From Deltaproteobacteria bacterium (lineage in GTDB: Bacteria > Desulfobacterota > Syntrophia > Syntrophales > Smithellaceae): a stretch of DNA of 59,698 bases. The DNA lies in NCBI GenBank assembly GCA_025361065.1, contig JANYAY010000169.1, positions 1 through 59,698 of the forward strand. Direction: 5' to 3'. Made by a program: the position numbers and the translations under genes. How positions within the stretch are numbered: position 1 is the first letter of the stretch; each line of letters begins with the position of its first letter. The notes under the pieces are model-generated. The model did no database searches. It was not told the origin of the DNA and was given only the letters and a program-made list of their open reading frames with translations. This document shows, piece after piece, positions 36,823 through 46,447 of this stretch.

Positions 36823-37785
36823 ATGGAAAAGATGGCACCTGTTTTACTGAACACCGTGGACAAGGTAGAAATACTAACCCTGCAGGACAACTACATTGAC
36901 ATTACGGCGATGGACAACAACGCTGTCGTCACCCGGGCAATGCCGATCAAAGACGGTCAGATCAAAGTATCCATCGGTGCCGAGCACGGATTTTCGGCTA
37001 TTGTCAAGACAACAAGCTGCGACCAGACCAGGACATTGTTGTTCGACTTCGGTTTTTCCGCAGACGGCGCCGCCCGTAACGCCGCAGCCCTAAATGTCGA
37101 TATGACTCAGGTGGAAGCGGCCGTTCTCTCCCACGGACACAGCGACCATACAGGCGGCCTGGAAAAGCTCGCGGCAATGATCGGCGGAAAAGATGTTCCG
37201 TTTATCGTTCATCCAGGCGTCTTCCAAAGCCCCCGCTACATGAAGTTCAGCGAAGAATTCAAGATCTACATGCCCGAGTTCACCCGCGAGATGGTCGCCC
37301 AGGCGGGAATGAAGGTGACCGAAACTAAAGAACCCTTTTTGCTTTTAGGCGGCAACTGCCTCTTTCTGGGCGAAGTGCCGAAACGAAGTGATTTCGAGAA
37401 GGGTATCCCCATGGCCCACCTTGTGGAAGATGGAGTCGAGAAGTGGGACGCCATTGCGGATGATACGTCCATTGTCATGAATCTAAAGGAAAAAGGGCTG
37501 GTGATCCTTTCCGGCTGCGCCCATGCCGGGATCATCAATACGGTCTCCTATGCCCGGGAGGTAACCGGCATCGATAAGGTGCACGCCATCATGGGCGGTT
37601 TCCATCTTTCCGGCCCCCTGTTTGAACCCATAGTTGACAGAACAACCGCCGAGTTCAAGAAGCTGGCCCCCCGGTATGTTATTCCTGTCCACTGCACGGG
37701 ACGCAAAGCGATCATGCAGATGGAAAAGGAAATGCCCGAGCAGTTCATCCTGAACATGTCGGGAACAAAACTGACGTTCGTCTGA
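36823..37785 (+). CDS. MBL-fold metallo-hydrolase (DHPS-like MBL type)
   Basis: AEHGFS, LLFDFG, SHGHSDHTGG, GCAHAG, GGFHL, HCTG. Confidence 0.85.
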   Translation: MEKMAPVLLNTVDKVEILTLQDNYIDITAMDNNAVVTRAMPIKDGQIKVSIGAEHGFSAIVKTTSCDQTRTLLFDFGFSADGAARNAAALNVDMTQVEAAVLSHGHSDHTGGLEKLAAMIGGKDVPFIVHPGVFQSPRYMKFSEEFKIYMPEFTREMVAQAGMKVTETKEPFLLLGGNCLFLGEVPKRSDFEKGIPMAHLVEDGVEKWDAIADDTSIVMNLKEKGLVILSGCAHAGIINTVSYAREVTGIDKVHAIMGGFHLSGPLFEPIVDRTTAEFKKLAPRYVIPVHCTGRKAIMQMEKEMPEQFILNMSGTKLTFV

Positions 37786-37836
37786 AAATTCGTGAAGCGT
37801 GAAGCGAAGTTCGTGAAGCGCGTAAGCCCGGCGAAT

Positions 37837-37991
37837 GAGACTGCGTCGCAATTACTTTTTTGTCATTCCGGGCAAGCGAAGCGCGACGAAGAGCCTGCCC
37901 CATACTCGATACGGGGGAATCCAGTATTTTCAGTAAGTTCTGGATACCGGCTTTCGCCGGTATGACATACTTGTTAATTACGACACAGTCT
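37837..37991 (+). mobile_element. Family B MITE
   Basis: GAGACTGCGTCGCAATT ... AATTACGACACAGTCT; nearly identical to the reverse complement of 43688-43817. Confidence 0.85.
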
Positions 37992-38035
37992 GGAATGGCT
38001 GGTGAAGCGGATTTCGTAAATTATAAGGAGATTCC

Positions 38036-38512
38036 ATGACAAAAAAGGCCTTTCAGGACTATTACCCCGATAATCTCAGCCACTGCTATGGCTGCGGCCG
38101 TCTGAATGACGCGGGCTTGAAGATTAAAAGCTACTGGGAGGGAGATGAATCTATCTGCATCCATGAACCCAGGCCTGAACACACAGCTATTCCGGGCTTT
38201 GCCTACGGGGGCATCATAGCCTCCCTTATCGACTGCCACTCCACGGGCACGGCAGCGGCGGCAAAGTACCGCGCCGAAAACCGCGAGATGGACAGTCTGC
38301 CGCCGTTGCGCTTTCTCACCGCCTCGCTGCATGTGGACTTTCTGCTGCCCACGCCTTTGGGCGTACCGCTGGAAATTCGCGGCCGGGTGAAAGAGGTCAA
38401 GGGTCGGAAGGTGATCGTGGAATCGACGCTGTCGGCAAACGACCGGATCTGCGCCCGCGGAGAGGTCGTCGCGATCCAGGTGCCGGAGCATATGATTCCC
38501 GGGCAATCCTGA
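38036..38512 (+). CDS. PaaI-family thioesterase
   Basis: CYGCG..N..GL, YGGIIASLIDCH, TASLHVDFL.PTP. Confidence 0.85.
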   Translation: MTKKAFQDYYPDNLSHCYGCGRLNDAGLKIKSYWEGDESICIHEPRPEHTAIPGFAYGGIIASLIDCHSTGTAAAAKYRAENREMDSLPPLRFLTASLHVDFLLPTPLGVPLEIRGRVKEVKGRKVIVESTLSANDRICARGEVVAIQVPEHMIPGQS

Positions 38513-38663
38513 TGTTCAGCTAAATATGTTATTCCCTTTCTCAATCAAACGCAGTCTTTATTGGCTTGCGAGCGAATTGGTATAGAATTAATAATTAAAG
38601 CCTAATACACCAACACAAGGAGAGCCTTAATTTTTAAACCATAGAATTGGACAGGAGGAAAAA

Positions 38664-38888
38664 ATGATCGACGCAGCAAATAAAATTAAATTAGCGGTTT
38701 GCCTTTCCAACGGAACAATAGTCAAGGGCAGCTTAAACATCCGCAAATACAACCGGCTAGCCGATTATCTTAATTCCCCGGAAGCCGACCCTTTTCTCAC
38801 AATCTATGACGCTGTGATGCCCGGTTCAACCGACAAAATAGTCATCGTTAATCGCCGGCATGTTGTCTGGGCAACACCGGAAGCTTAG
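38664..38888 (+). CDS. Small hypothetical protein (DUF6812-like)
   Basis: Strong AGGAGG RBS; G.LNI...RL.DYLN....FL...DA......IVN...VVW pattern. Confidence 0.65.
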   Translation: MIDAANKIKLAVCLSNGTIVKGSLNIRKYNRLADYLNSPEADPFLTIYDAVMPGSTDKIVIVNRRHVVWATPEA

Positions 38889-38958
38889 AAGACGCGGCTG
38901 CAAAAACCAACCCTGCGGGTGGTAAATCGCCCTTATTATATCCACAGGTGTTTTTTCA

Positions 38959-39014
38959 ATCCCGCTGCTGCGGGACGAGCGTTAATTCTCAGCAGCTTGC
39001 TGCGAGCCGGTTAA
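38959..39014 (+). repeat. Family A hairpin repeat (short copy)
   Basis: ATCCCGCTGCTGCGGGACGAGCGTTAATTCTCAGCAGCTTGCTGCGAG; first 32 bp identical to the copy at 869. Confidence 0.85.
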
Positions 39015-39021
39015 TTCGCTG

Positions 39022-40053
39022 TCAGATATTAAACCGGAAGGTAATAATGTCGCCGTCCTGGACAACGTATTCTTTCCCTTCGAGGCGCATGCGGCCGGCT
39101 GATTTTACCGCCGCTTCCGTCTTGCCGCAGGCAATGAAATCATCGTAGGACATTACTTCGGCCTTGATAAACCCTCTTTCAAAATCATTATGGATTGTTC
39201 CGGCGGCTTTGGGCGCTTTTATTCCTTTCGTAATGACCCAGGCTTTCACTTCATCTTTCCCGGATGTAAAAAAAGAGATGCGTCCCAGCAAAGAAAATGC
39301 CCCCCGGATGATCCGGCCAAAAGCAGGTTCGCTAATGCCTAAGGAAGCCAGAAATTCTTTCTGGTCAGCGGCATCGAGCGAGGCGAGTTCCGCTTCGATC
39401 TTACAGCAAATGCCCATTACCGGTTCCGTTAAGTTTGCGGCCTTCGCAAAAGCGTCGGCAAACGCGATGTTATCTTCGGCAACATTCATTACAACCAGCT
39501 CGGGCTTAATCGACCAGAACGAAAAGCTGCGCAAAGTAAAAACTTCCGCTTCCGTCAGGCCGGCAGACCTAAGCGGCTTGCCTGCTTCTAAAATATCTTT
39601 TAATTTCGGCAGAATTTCTACCTGATTGATATCCTGCGGAGTAAGCGCCTTTTTGGACATTTTCGTCAGACGTTCCAGCTTTTTTTCAATGATCAAAAGG
39701 TCGGAAAGGATCAGCTCATCTTCCAGTTTGCGATAGGAATCAATGCATAACTGGACGTCAGGCAGGGAAAAACCATCCACAACATGCAAAATGCCGTCGG
39801 CGCCGCTTAAGTTTTGCCGGACGGATTCCCAGGGATGCTCGCCTACGGCATGAACATCAACAAACGGAACTTTCGCCGGTGATACTTTCAACGGCTGATA
39901 TATTTCGACCAGCTGATCAAAACGTTCATCCGGAACTGCGGCCTGGCCCCGCACACAGGTTTCGGTATGCGAAGCGCTGCTTTTTGTGCCGGTCATTATT
40001 TCAAACAGGGTGCTTTTCCCGCTCTGGGGAAGCCCCAATATGCCCATTTCCAT
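39022..40053 (-). CDS. YchF/OLA1-family NTPase, divergent G-domain
   Basis: GLPQSGKSTLF; VPDERFDQL; C-terminal TGS domain FFTSGKDEVKAW...AAGTIHNDFERGFIKAEV...RLEGKEYVVQDGD. Confidence 0.85.
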   Translation of the reverse strand: MEMGILGLPQSGKSTLFEIMTGTKSSASHTETCVRGQAAVPDERFDQLVEIYQPLKVSPAKVPFVDVHAVGEHPWESVRQNLSGADGILHVVDGFSLPDVQLCIDSYRKLEDELILSDLLIIEKKLERLTKMSKKALTPQDINQVEILPKLKDILEAGKPLRSAGLTEAEVFTLRSFSFWSIKPELVVMNVAEDNIAFADAFAKAANLTEPVMGICCKIEAELASLDAADQKEFLASLGISEPAFGRIIRGAFSLLGRISFFTSGKDEVKAWVITKGIKAPKAAGTIHNDFERGFIKAEVMSYDDFIACGKTEAAVKSAGRMRLEGKEYVVQDGDIITFRFNI

Positions 40054-40067
40054 AATTTAGCCTTTTA

Positions 40068-40123
40068 GACTGAAGGCTGAGGGCTGAAGGACACTAATAG
40101 CCTTCAGTCTTCAGCCCTCAGCC
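40068..40123. repeat. Inverted pair of 7-mer tandem repeats
   Basis: (GGCTGAA/GGCTGAG)n ... (CTTCAGT/CCTCAGC)n forming a long hairpin between dapL and the ychF-like gene. Confidence 0.7.
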
Positions 40124-40130
40124 GATTTAC

Positions 40131-41300
40131 CTATTGTTTAAATTCCTTTTCTATTCGCCCCATAGCCTCTGCCAGGCGATCATCCGGAACCGTCAGCGAT
40201 ATGCGCACAAAGCCTTCGCCATATTGGCCATAGGCGGTACCGGAAGCAACAACAACGGCTGTTTTATCAAACAGGCGATTGGTGAACTCGAGCGATGTCA
40301 TGCCTTTCGGCACCGGCACCCACAAATAAAATGTCCCGCGGGGCGGATTAAAGTCAATGCCGATTTTCTTCAGCGTTTTGAGCACCAGTTCCCGGCGCGA
40401 TCCATAAACCGCCAGCATTTTTTCGATAAAGGGCGCCTCATTGCGCAGAGCTTGAATACCCGCATATTGAATAGGATTAAAAATCCCGGAATCAGTGTTT
40501 TCTTTTACTTTGCTGATGGCCGCAATCAAATCGGGATTGCCGCAGGCCAGCCCGATCCGCCAGCCGCACATATTAAACGGTTTGGATAATGAATTGAGCT
40601 CCACACCCACATCTTTCGCCCCTTGCGCCATCAGAAAACTGATGCGGGGCTGCCCGGAAAATAAAATTTCGCTATAGGGATTATCATAGCAGATGGCAAT
40701 GTCCGACGCCTTGGCAAAAGCCACGAGCTTATTGAGAAACTCCAGAGTCGCGCAGGCGCCGGTTGGATTATTCGGATAATTAAGAAACATCGCCTTGGCC
40801 TTTTTGACAATATCCGTGGGAATATCTTCCAATACCGGAAGATAATTATTTTGCGGCAGAATAGGAACATTGTAAGGAATGCCTTCACCCATAAGAATGC
40901 TTGCCCGGTAGGCCGGATAGCCTGGATCGGTCATCAACACGGTATCCCCGGGGTTGACCCGCGCCATGATAAAATGATGGCAGCCTTCTTTTGATCCGAT
41001 TAATCCCAGAATTTCATTTTCCGGATTCAAACTGACACCGTATCTTGTTTGATACCAGGCGGCGATTTCCTTTCGATAAAGGAGCATTCCTTTTTCTTCA
41101 TCCGTCGGATACCGGTGATTTAAAGGATCTCGCGCTGTAGCGCATAATTCATCGATAATAGAATCCGGTGTTGCTTCGATGGGATCGCCAATTGCCAGCG
41201 AAATGACATCAACTCCATCAGCCTTGGCTTTACTGATTTTTTTTCTGAGCTCCATAAACAAATATGGCGGAATCTTCGCCAAACGCTCCGCAGTCTGCAA
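40131..41300 (-). CDS. dapL: LL-diaminopimelate aminotransferase
   Basis: IPPYLF, GSKEG, LNYPNNPTG, DNPYSE, NSLSKPFNMCGWRIG; adjacent to dapF. Confidence 0.85.
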   Translation of the reverse strand: MQTAERLAKIPPYLFMELRKKISKAKADGVDVISLAIGDPIEATPDSIIDELCATARDPLNHRYPTDEEKGMLLYRKEIAAWYQTRYGVSLNPENEILGLIGSKEGCHHFIMARVNPGDTVLMTDPGYPAYRASILMGEGIPYNVPILPQNNYLPVLEDIPTDIVKKAKAMFLNYPNNPTGACATLEFLNKLVAFAKASDIAICYDNPYSEILFSGQPRISFLMAQGAKDVGVELNSLSKPFNMCGWRIGLACGNPDLIAAISKVKENTDSGIFNPIQYAGIQALRNEAPFIEKMLAVYGSRRELVLKTLKKIGIDFNPPRGTFYLWVPVPKGMTSLEFTNRLFDKTAVVVASGTAYGQYGEGFVRISLTVPDDRLAEAMGRIEKEFKQ

Positions 41301-41346
41301 TGTAAACCTCCTGTTTAATGAAAATTAATAGCTTGCAACGCAAATA

Positions 41347-42165
41347 TTATTTGTACGCTTCTGCAAAAAGAAAACCCTGATAGACCATTTTTACTTTGCC
41401 TTCAAGATAAATTTCCCGGAAGCCTTCATCTTTCCGGTCATAATAAATACGCAGCGTTTCCCCGCTTTGCACCAAAACATCAACCGGTGATACAACCAGA
41501 CCTCTTTGGGCTGCTGCCAAAACTGCCGCGACCATACCGGTGCCGCAAGCCAGTGTCTCATCTTCCACGCCGCGCTCATATGTGCGCAACTGAATTTTCT
41601 GCGGCGCAAGAACGGTGGCAAAGTCAGCATTCGTTCCCTGGGGCGCATAATGTTTAGAGAAGCGGATCTTGCGTCCCCATTCGGCTACGGGGAAAGATTG
41701 TAAATTATCCACGAAGGCAACGGCATGGGGAACGCCGGTGTTGACGCTGTCCAAAAGAAAAATCCGGCCGTCGACATCAATCTTTTCCCCTAATTTGACC
41801 TCCGAGGGGTCGGTCAATTTCACCTTTACCACATCATCGTTAACTTCTGCGCTGATTATACCGGCCATCGTTTCAAATGACATTTTCTTCCCGGCAATGC
41901 CTTTGTGATAAGCATAACGCGCCACACAACGGCTGCCATTGCCGCACATTTCCGCATTGCTGCCGTCAGAGTTAAAAAATTGCCATTTAAAGTCGACACA
42001 CGCCGATGGTTCAATTAAAAAAAGCCCGTCTGCCCCGACGGATAATTTGTGCCGGCAAACCTTTTGCACGAACTGCCGAATATCACCCACATCTAAAGAT
42101 AAATCACGATTATCGATAATAATAAAATCATTGCCGCTGCCGCTCATTTTATAAAATTCAATCAT
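41347..42165 (-). CDS. dapF: Diaminopimelate epimerase
   Basis: KMSGSGNDF, NSDGSNAEMCGNG, NTGVPH, ERGVEDETLACGTG. Confidence 0.95.
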   Translation of the reverse strand: MIEFYKMSGSGNDFIIIDNRDLSLDVGDIRQFVQKVCRHKLSVGADGLFLIEPSACVDFKWQFFNSDGSNAEMCGNGSRCVARYAYHKGIAGKKMSFETMAGIISAEVNDDVVKVKLTDPSEVKLGEKIDVDGRIFLLDSVNTGVPHAVAFVDNLQSFPVAEWGRKIRFSKHYAPQGTNADFATVLAPQKIQLRTYERGVEDETLACGTGMVAAVLAAAQRGLVVSPVDVLVQSGETLRIYYDRKDEGFREIYLEGKVKMVYQGFLFAEAYK

Positions 42166-42177
42166 CTTTGCTTCCGT

Positions 42178-43068
42178 TTACTTCAGCAACGCCTGGATCT
42201 GCAAATCCTTTTCCTGCCATAACTGCTGCACCCATTTTTGAAATTCGGCACGATAGGCCTCATCGCCCTCGTAATCGCCGTGCAGAAGTTGTGGCGGCAC
42301 CTCTACTTGCTCGAAACGCACAATAATCCTTTTGACCTTGCCGCAAAGAAACTCCCATAATGTTGGAATACCGTCGGGGTAAACGATGGTGATATTCAGC
42401 AGACAATGGAACTTGTCACCCAGCGCATCGAGCGCCAGGGCGATGCCGCCGGCTTTCGGGCGCAGCAGATAGCGGTAAGGAGACTTTTGCCGGTCGTGTT
42501 TAGATTTAGTAAAGCGTGTACCTTCCAGAAAATTCATTACGCCGGTCGGTCTATGGGCAAACTTTTCGCAGGCCTTACGCGTTATTTCTAAATCCTTACC
42601 CTTCTGCCCGGGATGCTTTTTCAAGTATTCGGCACTATGCCGGTGCAGAAAAGGAAAATCCAGCGCCCACCAGGCTATACCCATGATCGGCACCCAAATC
42701 AGCTCACTTTTCATAAAAAACTTCATCAAAGGAATGCGGCGATTGAGCAAATGCTGCATCACAAAAATATCCACCCAGGACTGGTGATTGCTGCTGATCA
42801 GATACCAGCCGTGATAATCCAAACTTGTCAGACCTTCTACATCCCACTGAGTATTCTGGGTCAGACGCATCCACAAACTATTACACGCTATCCAATTTTC
42901 CGCAAACCACAGTAAAATTACATCAAACAGACGGCGCAATGGCGGCAGCGGCAGGAGAAATTTGAGGATGGAAACTACAAACACCAGCGTTGGCCAAAAC
43001 ACAACATTCAGAATTAAAAGCAGTAAAGCTATGATCCCCACCAGCAGGGACGGCAGAAAATTTAACAT
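42178..43068 (-). CDS. yihG: YihG-like lysophosphatidate acyltransferase
   Basis: NHQSWVDI, KFFMKSELIWVP, FLEGTRFT, LLRPKAGG. Confidence 0.85.
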   Translation of the reverse strand: MLNFLPSLLVGIIALLLLILNVVFWPTLVFVVSILKFLLPLPPLRRLFDVILLWFAENWIACNSLWMRLTQNTQWDVEGLTSLDYHGWYLISSNHQSWVDIFVMQHLLNRRIPLMKFFMKSELIWVPIMGIAWWALDFPFLHRHSAEYLKKHPGQKGKDLEITRKACEKFAHRPTGVMNFLEGTRFTKSKHDRQKSPYRYLLRPKAGGIALALDALGDKFHCLLNITIVYPDGIPTLWEFLCGKVKRIIVRFEQVEVPPQLLHGDYEGDEAYRAEFQKWVQQLWQEKDLQIQALLK

Positions 43069-43204
43069 ATTTTTTCCTATTATCTCTTTGTTAGTATGAT
43101 GTTTCTTAATTTCCTCTCTCATTTTAGTCAAGCATTCTTTTGTTTAGCACAAAATTGTTCCGGATCACACAGGTTACTTGATATTTAATAGCATGTTATT
43201 CTAT

Positions 43205-43405
43205 TTAATCGTTAAAGGGTAAGGATAATTGTAATAATGATTTGTAGCAGCGGCGGCATGCCGGACGATTGAGCGACCGGGCCTGACAGGCAGAAAGATC
43301 AATAAAGTAGCCGTATTTTTTACACCAATTGTTTTCCCGACCCGGCTGTTCATCAGCGTTGGCAAAATGCCGGCAGTTCTGATCGGGAAGTATAATTTTT
43401 TTCAT
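43205..43405 (-). CDS. Small Cys-rich hypothetical protein
   Basis: 66 aa with C..F...WC.KYG..I...AC..R......C..C and a QLSLPF C-terminus; weak RBS. Confidence 0.5.
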   Translation of the reverse strand: MKKIILPDQNCRHFANADEQPGRENNWCKKYGYFIDLSACQARSLNRPACRRCYKSLLQLSLPFND

Positions 43406-43471
43406 GGGGAAAACCATAAGAACCAACAGCCCAAAAAGTCAACAGGAGAATGGTAATTGTCCCTCCAAAAG

Positions 43472-43502
43472 AAGAGAGCCCCCAGATTCCGGGGGCTCTC
43501 TT
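43472..43502 (-). terminator. Intrinsic terminator-like hairpin
   Basis: AAGAGAGCCCCC-agattcc-GGGGGCTCTCTT, followed by CTTTT on the minus strand. Confidence 0.6.
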
Positions 43503-43550
43503 GATTGGGTAAAATACATCCGGGATCCCGGACAGCTTCGCCCTGCATCC

Positions 43551-43817
43551 GAGACTGTGTCGTAATAGAAAAAGTGCTATCAATAGCGTCATGCCGATGA
43601 ATACCCTAAAGGGCACGCGAATCGGCATCCAGAAGTCGTCACGGAGAAAGAGACTGTGTCGCAATAGCAAGAAGCGCTATAAAAGCAGTCATACCGGCGA
43701 AAGCCGGTATCCAGAACTTAATGAAAATACTGGATTCCCCCGTATCGAGTACGGGGCAGGCTCTTCGTCGCGCTTCGCTTGCCCGGAATGACAAAAAAGT
43801 AATTGCGACAAAGTCTC
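43551..43817 (-). mobile_element. Family B MITE, compound (TIRs at 43551, 43650 and 43817)
   Basis: GAGACTGTGTCGTAATAG and GAGACTGTGTCGCAATAG, closing with ATTGCGACAAAGTCTC; REP cargo; CCCTAAAGGG mini-insert in the first REP. Confidence 0.82.
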
Positions 43818-43898
43818 ATCCGCCGGGATCTGCCTGCGGGATCAATTCCACTGACGCTTCAACCGCAACTGCGCTTGTTTTCAGCGAGTGTTATTGAT

Positions 43899-44216
43899 TT
43901 ATTTCTTTGCTGCCTTTTTGACGGCTTTCTTTTTAACTACCGTTTTCGGGACGACTTTCTTTTTGGAAGCGGGCTTTTTAGCAGCCGGCTTGGCCGCTTT
44001 CTTTTTGGCTGCGGGCTTTACTTTTTTTATGGCCGTCTTCTTTTTGGCGGCCACCGCCGCGATCGGATTTTTCTTCGGAGCTGCAGGTCCTTTATTCACC
44101 ATGGGTTCGTCGCAGCAAATAATTTCCGCAACTGCACAACCGCACTCTTCGTCAACAACTACAGTCAACCCACATACTTCACAGTTCAATGCATCTCCGG
44201 TTTTTACCTTAGACAT
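43899..44216 (-). CDS. Desulforedoxin-like Cys knuckle fused to a histone H1-like Lys/Ala/Pro tail
   Basis: GAGGAGG RBS; CEVCG...CGC....ICCDEPM, then AAKKKAAKPAAKKPASKKK. Confidence 0.8.
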   Translation of the reverse strand: MSKVKTGDALNCEVCGLTVVVDEECGCAVAEIICCDEPMVNKGPAAPKKNPIAAVAAKKKTAIKKVKPAAKKKAAKPAAKKPASKKKVVPKTVVKKKAVKKAAKK

Positions 44217-44409
44217 TTTTTATCCTCCTCGTTGATTGATTTGAATATTTACCCTGCCGTATTCTTGTGAGATCACTTGCAGCCATTCTAATTAAAGATT
44301 ACATAATTTTCAAGCATTGATTAAATTATTTCTTTATATATAATACCGGCCGACAATTTATACAAACTTCTTTACTCAGCATTTACAATATTCGCCGAAA
44401 TGGAGCCGT

Positions 44410-45684
44410 ATGGAAAAAGCACTGATAATCCTGTTTTTGGTTTTATTTGCCGGAAGGTATAGCTTACGTTATGTTTTGCAGCAGCTGAATATCCGGCATT
44501 TGCAAAAGCACGGCAAAGAGGTCCCGCCTGTCTTTCAGGGTATTATTGACAAGGACACATTGACCAAAATGGTGGACTACACGATTGACAATACCACTTT
44601 AGCCGCCAAAGAAAATCTTGTGAATGATTTAGTCGAACTCGCCATTGTACTTCTCTTTCTGCCTGTCCTTGTCACCTTTATTCTGATCTTGAAAATCCCC
44701 TTTATCGTCCAGGCACTGATATTTTTCGGAGTGCTGGCCGCAATCGGCGGGATTACCGGAATGCCTTTTGAGCTTTATTCCACTTTTGTTCTCGAGAAGA
44801 AATATGGCTTTTCGACCATTACCTGGCGTCTGTGGCTTGCCGACCTGGGCAAGTCTTTGGTCCTGTCCATAATTCTTATGGGTATTTTAATCAGTGCCTT
44901 TATGGCGTTTATTTTTTACTTGCCGGCCAGCTGGTGGTTCTGGGCATGGATCTTTTTTACGTTGTTTGAAATTTTACTGCTCTGGATTTATCCGGTGGTC
45001 ATTGCCCCGTTGTTTAACAAATACGACCCCATCGCGGATGAAGCGCTGAAAGGGCAAATTGAGTTGTTGATGGCGAAAGTCGGCCTGAAAGCGCAGGGCA
45101 TTTACCAGGTGGATGAAGGCAAGCGCTCCCGGCATACGAATGCCTATTTTACCGGGATCGGCAAAACCAAGCGCATTGTTTTGTTTGACACACTGCTGGC
45201 ATCTCATACCGCAGAAGAGATATTATCCGTATTGGCGCATGAAATCGGTCACTGGAAAAAGAAACATATCTTGAAGCAGCTGGTCTTCATGATTGCCGCC
45301 TCGCTCGCCTTGCTCTATTTTGTCTATACCGTCGCTTCCGCCCCGGTTCTCTACCGTGCCTTTGGTTTGAGCGCAATGCCGCTTTATGCCGGCCTTTTTC
45401 TGGTCTCGCTCTACCTTAGTTGTCTGGGATTTTTTGCAAGCCCCGCAGGCGCCGCAATTATGCGCCGCTATGAACGGGAAGCAGACAGGACCGCGTTCGA
45501 GTTGACGGGAACTGCCGAACATATGATCTCGGCTCTCAAAAGGCTGGCGAAAGACAATTTAGCTAATTTACATCCGCATCCTTTTTATGTCTGGTTTTAT
45601 TATTCGCATCCGCCACTTTTGGAGCGTATTGCCAGTTTGCAGGCCCTGCAATTAAAAAAGGAGCAACTCTATAAAAACAACTAA
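44410..45684 (+). CDS. Ste24/M48A zinc endopeptidase
   Basis: NAYFTG, RIVLFDTL, LAHEIGH, EREAD, YSHPP..ER. Confidence 0.92.
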   Translation: MEKALIILFLVLFAGRYSLRYVLQQLNIRHLQKHGKEVPPVFQGIIDKDTLTKMVDYTIDNTTLAAKENLVNDLVELAIVLLFLPVLVTFILILKIPFIVQALIFFGVLAAIGGITGMPFELYSTFVLEKKYGFSTITWRLWLADLGKSLVLSIILMGILISAFMAFIFYLPASWWFWAWIFFTLFEILLLWIYPVVIAPLFNKYDPIADEALKGQIELLMAKVGLKAQGIYQVDEGKRSRHTNAYFTGIGKTKRIVLFDTLLASHTAEEILSVLAHEIGHWKKKHILKQLVFMIAASLALLYFVYTVASAPVLYRAFGLSAMPLYAGLFLVSLYLSCLGFFASPAGAAIMRRYEREADRTAFELTGTAEHMISALKRLAKDNLANLHPHPFYVWFYYSHPPLLERIASLQALQLKKEQLYKNN

Positions 45685-45806
45685 AGTTCATTTTCTGAAA
45701 ATGATGCCTCTGAAAGTCTTCGTCGCCAGCTATACATTTCAGGGAACCAAGCGAAAAAGAGACAATTAAACCTGATTAGCAGAGTGCCCAATAGAGAATT
45801 AGTTTA

Positions 45807-45862
45807 ATCCCGCTCACGCGGGATAAGCGTTAATTCTCCGCAGCTTGCTGCGAGGTAGTTGA
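45807..45862 (+). repeat. Family A hairpin repeat (short copy)
   Basis: ATCCCGCTCACGCGGGATAAGCGTTAATTCTCCGCAGCTTGCTGCGAGGTAGTTGA. Confidence 0.85.
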
Positions 45863-45863
45863 G

Positions 45864-46142
45864 TTATTTTTTAAACAGTGCCGCCAATTTATCTTGAGCG
45901 TCTTGTTTTTCGGTATTTTTGTTGCTTGTTTGCTGGAAGCGGAAAAAATCACAAAAATTGGAGCGGGATTTGTCCAAGACTCTTTCCGCTTGCCTCTCGC
46001 GACAATCATTATAGAGACCGCGCTCATAAAACGTGCAATTCCAACAGCAGTGCAAATCGGCGCCGCAAAAAGGACATAGTTCCCGCCTGCCTACGAAACT
46101 TTCGAATACAATTTCTTTTTTACACTGTTGGCAAATTTTCAT
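45864..46142 (-). CDS. Small Cys-rich (Zn-ribbon-like) hypothetical protein
   Basis: CQQC, CPFC, HCCWNC.FY, CRE, NFCDFF. Confidence 0.7.
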   Translation of the reverse strand: MKICQQCKKEIVFESFVGRRELCPFCGADLHCCWNCTFYERGLYNDCRERQAERVLDKSRSNFCDFFRFQQTSNKNTEKQDAQDKLAALFKK

Positions 46143-46447
46143 CGGCGCAAAATGTTGATATTACAAAAAATAGTCAATACAAAATCCGCAGTAATTTAAG
46201 TTGGATAAACGCTGATATACCATTTTCCTTGTAATTACAACTGACGAAGTGATAACTTGCAATATCTGTTGCTCACTTACCAAGGATCGGATTCGGCAGG
46301 GAGGAAGCTCTGAAAAGAATTTACAAGCTAGACATTCAGGTTATAATTCCCGAAGCGACGGCGCCCCGGCAAATGGATTCCTCATTATGTTCAGACTTGA
46401 GGCATACAATTGAGATGGCTTTATAGGATATAATAATATCAGGTGTT

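Noticed and set aside
37790-37825. GTGAAGC heptamer repeats after the MBL gene
   Set aside because: Short degenerate microsatellite with no evidence of function or phase variation.
43353-44270. ORFs 43353-43670, 43591-43791, 43803-44270 and 43888-44235
   Set aside because: MITE translations or antisense to the low-complexity histone-like gene.
46299-46427. GGAGG followed by a CTG-started ~38-codon frame upstream of the response regulator
   Set aside because: Rare start codon, no recognisable similarity, and chance occurrence is plausible.
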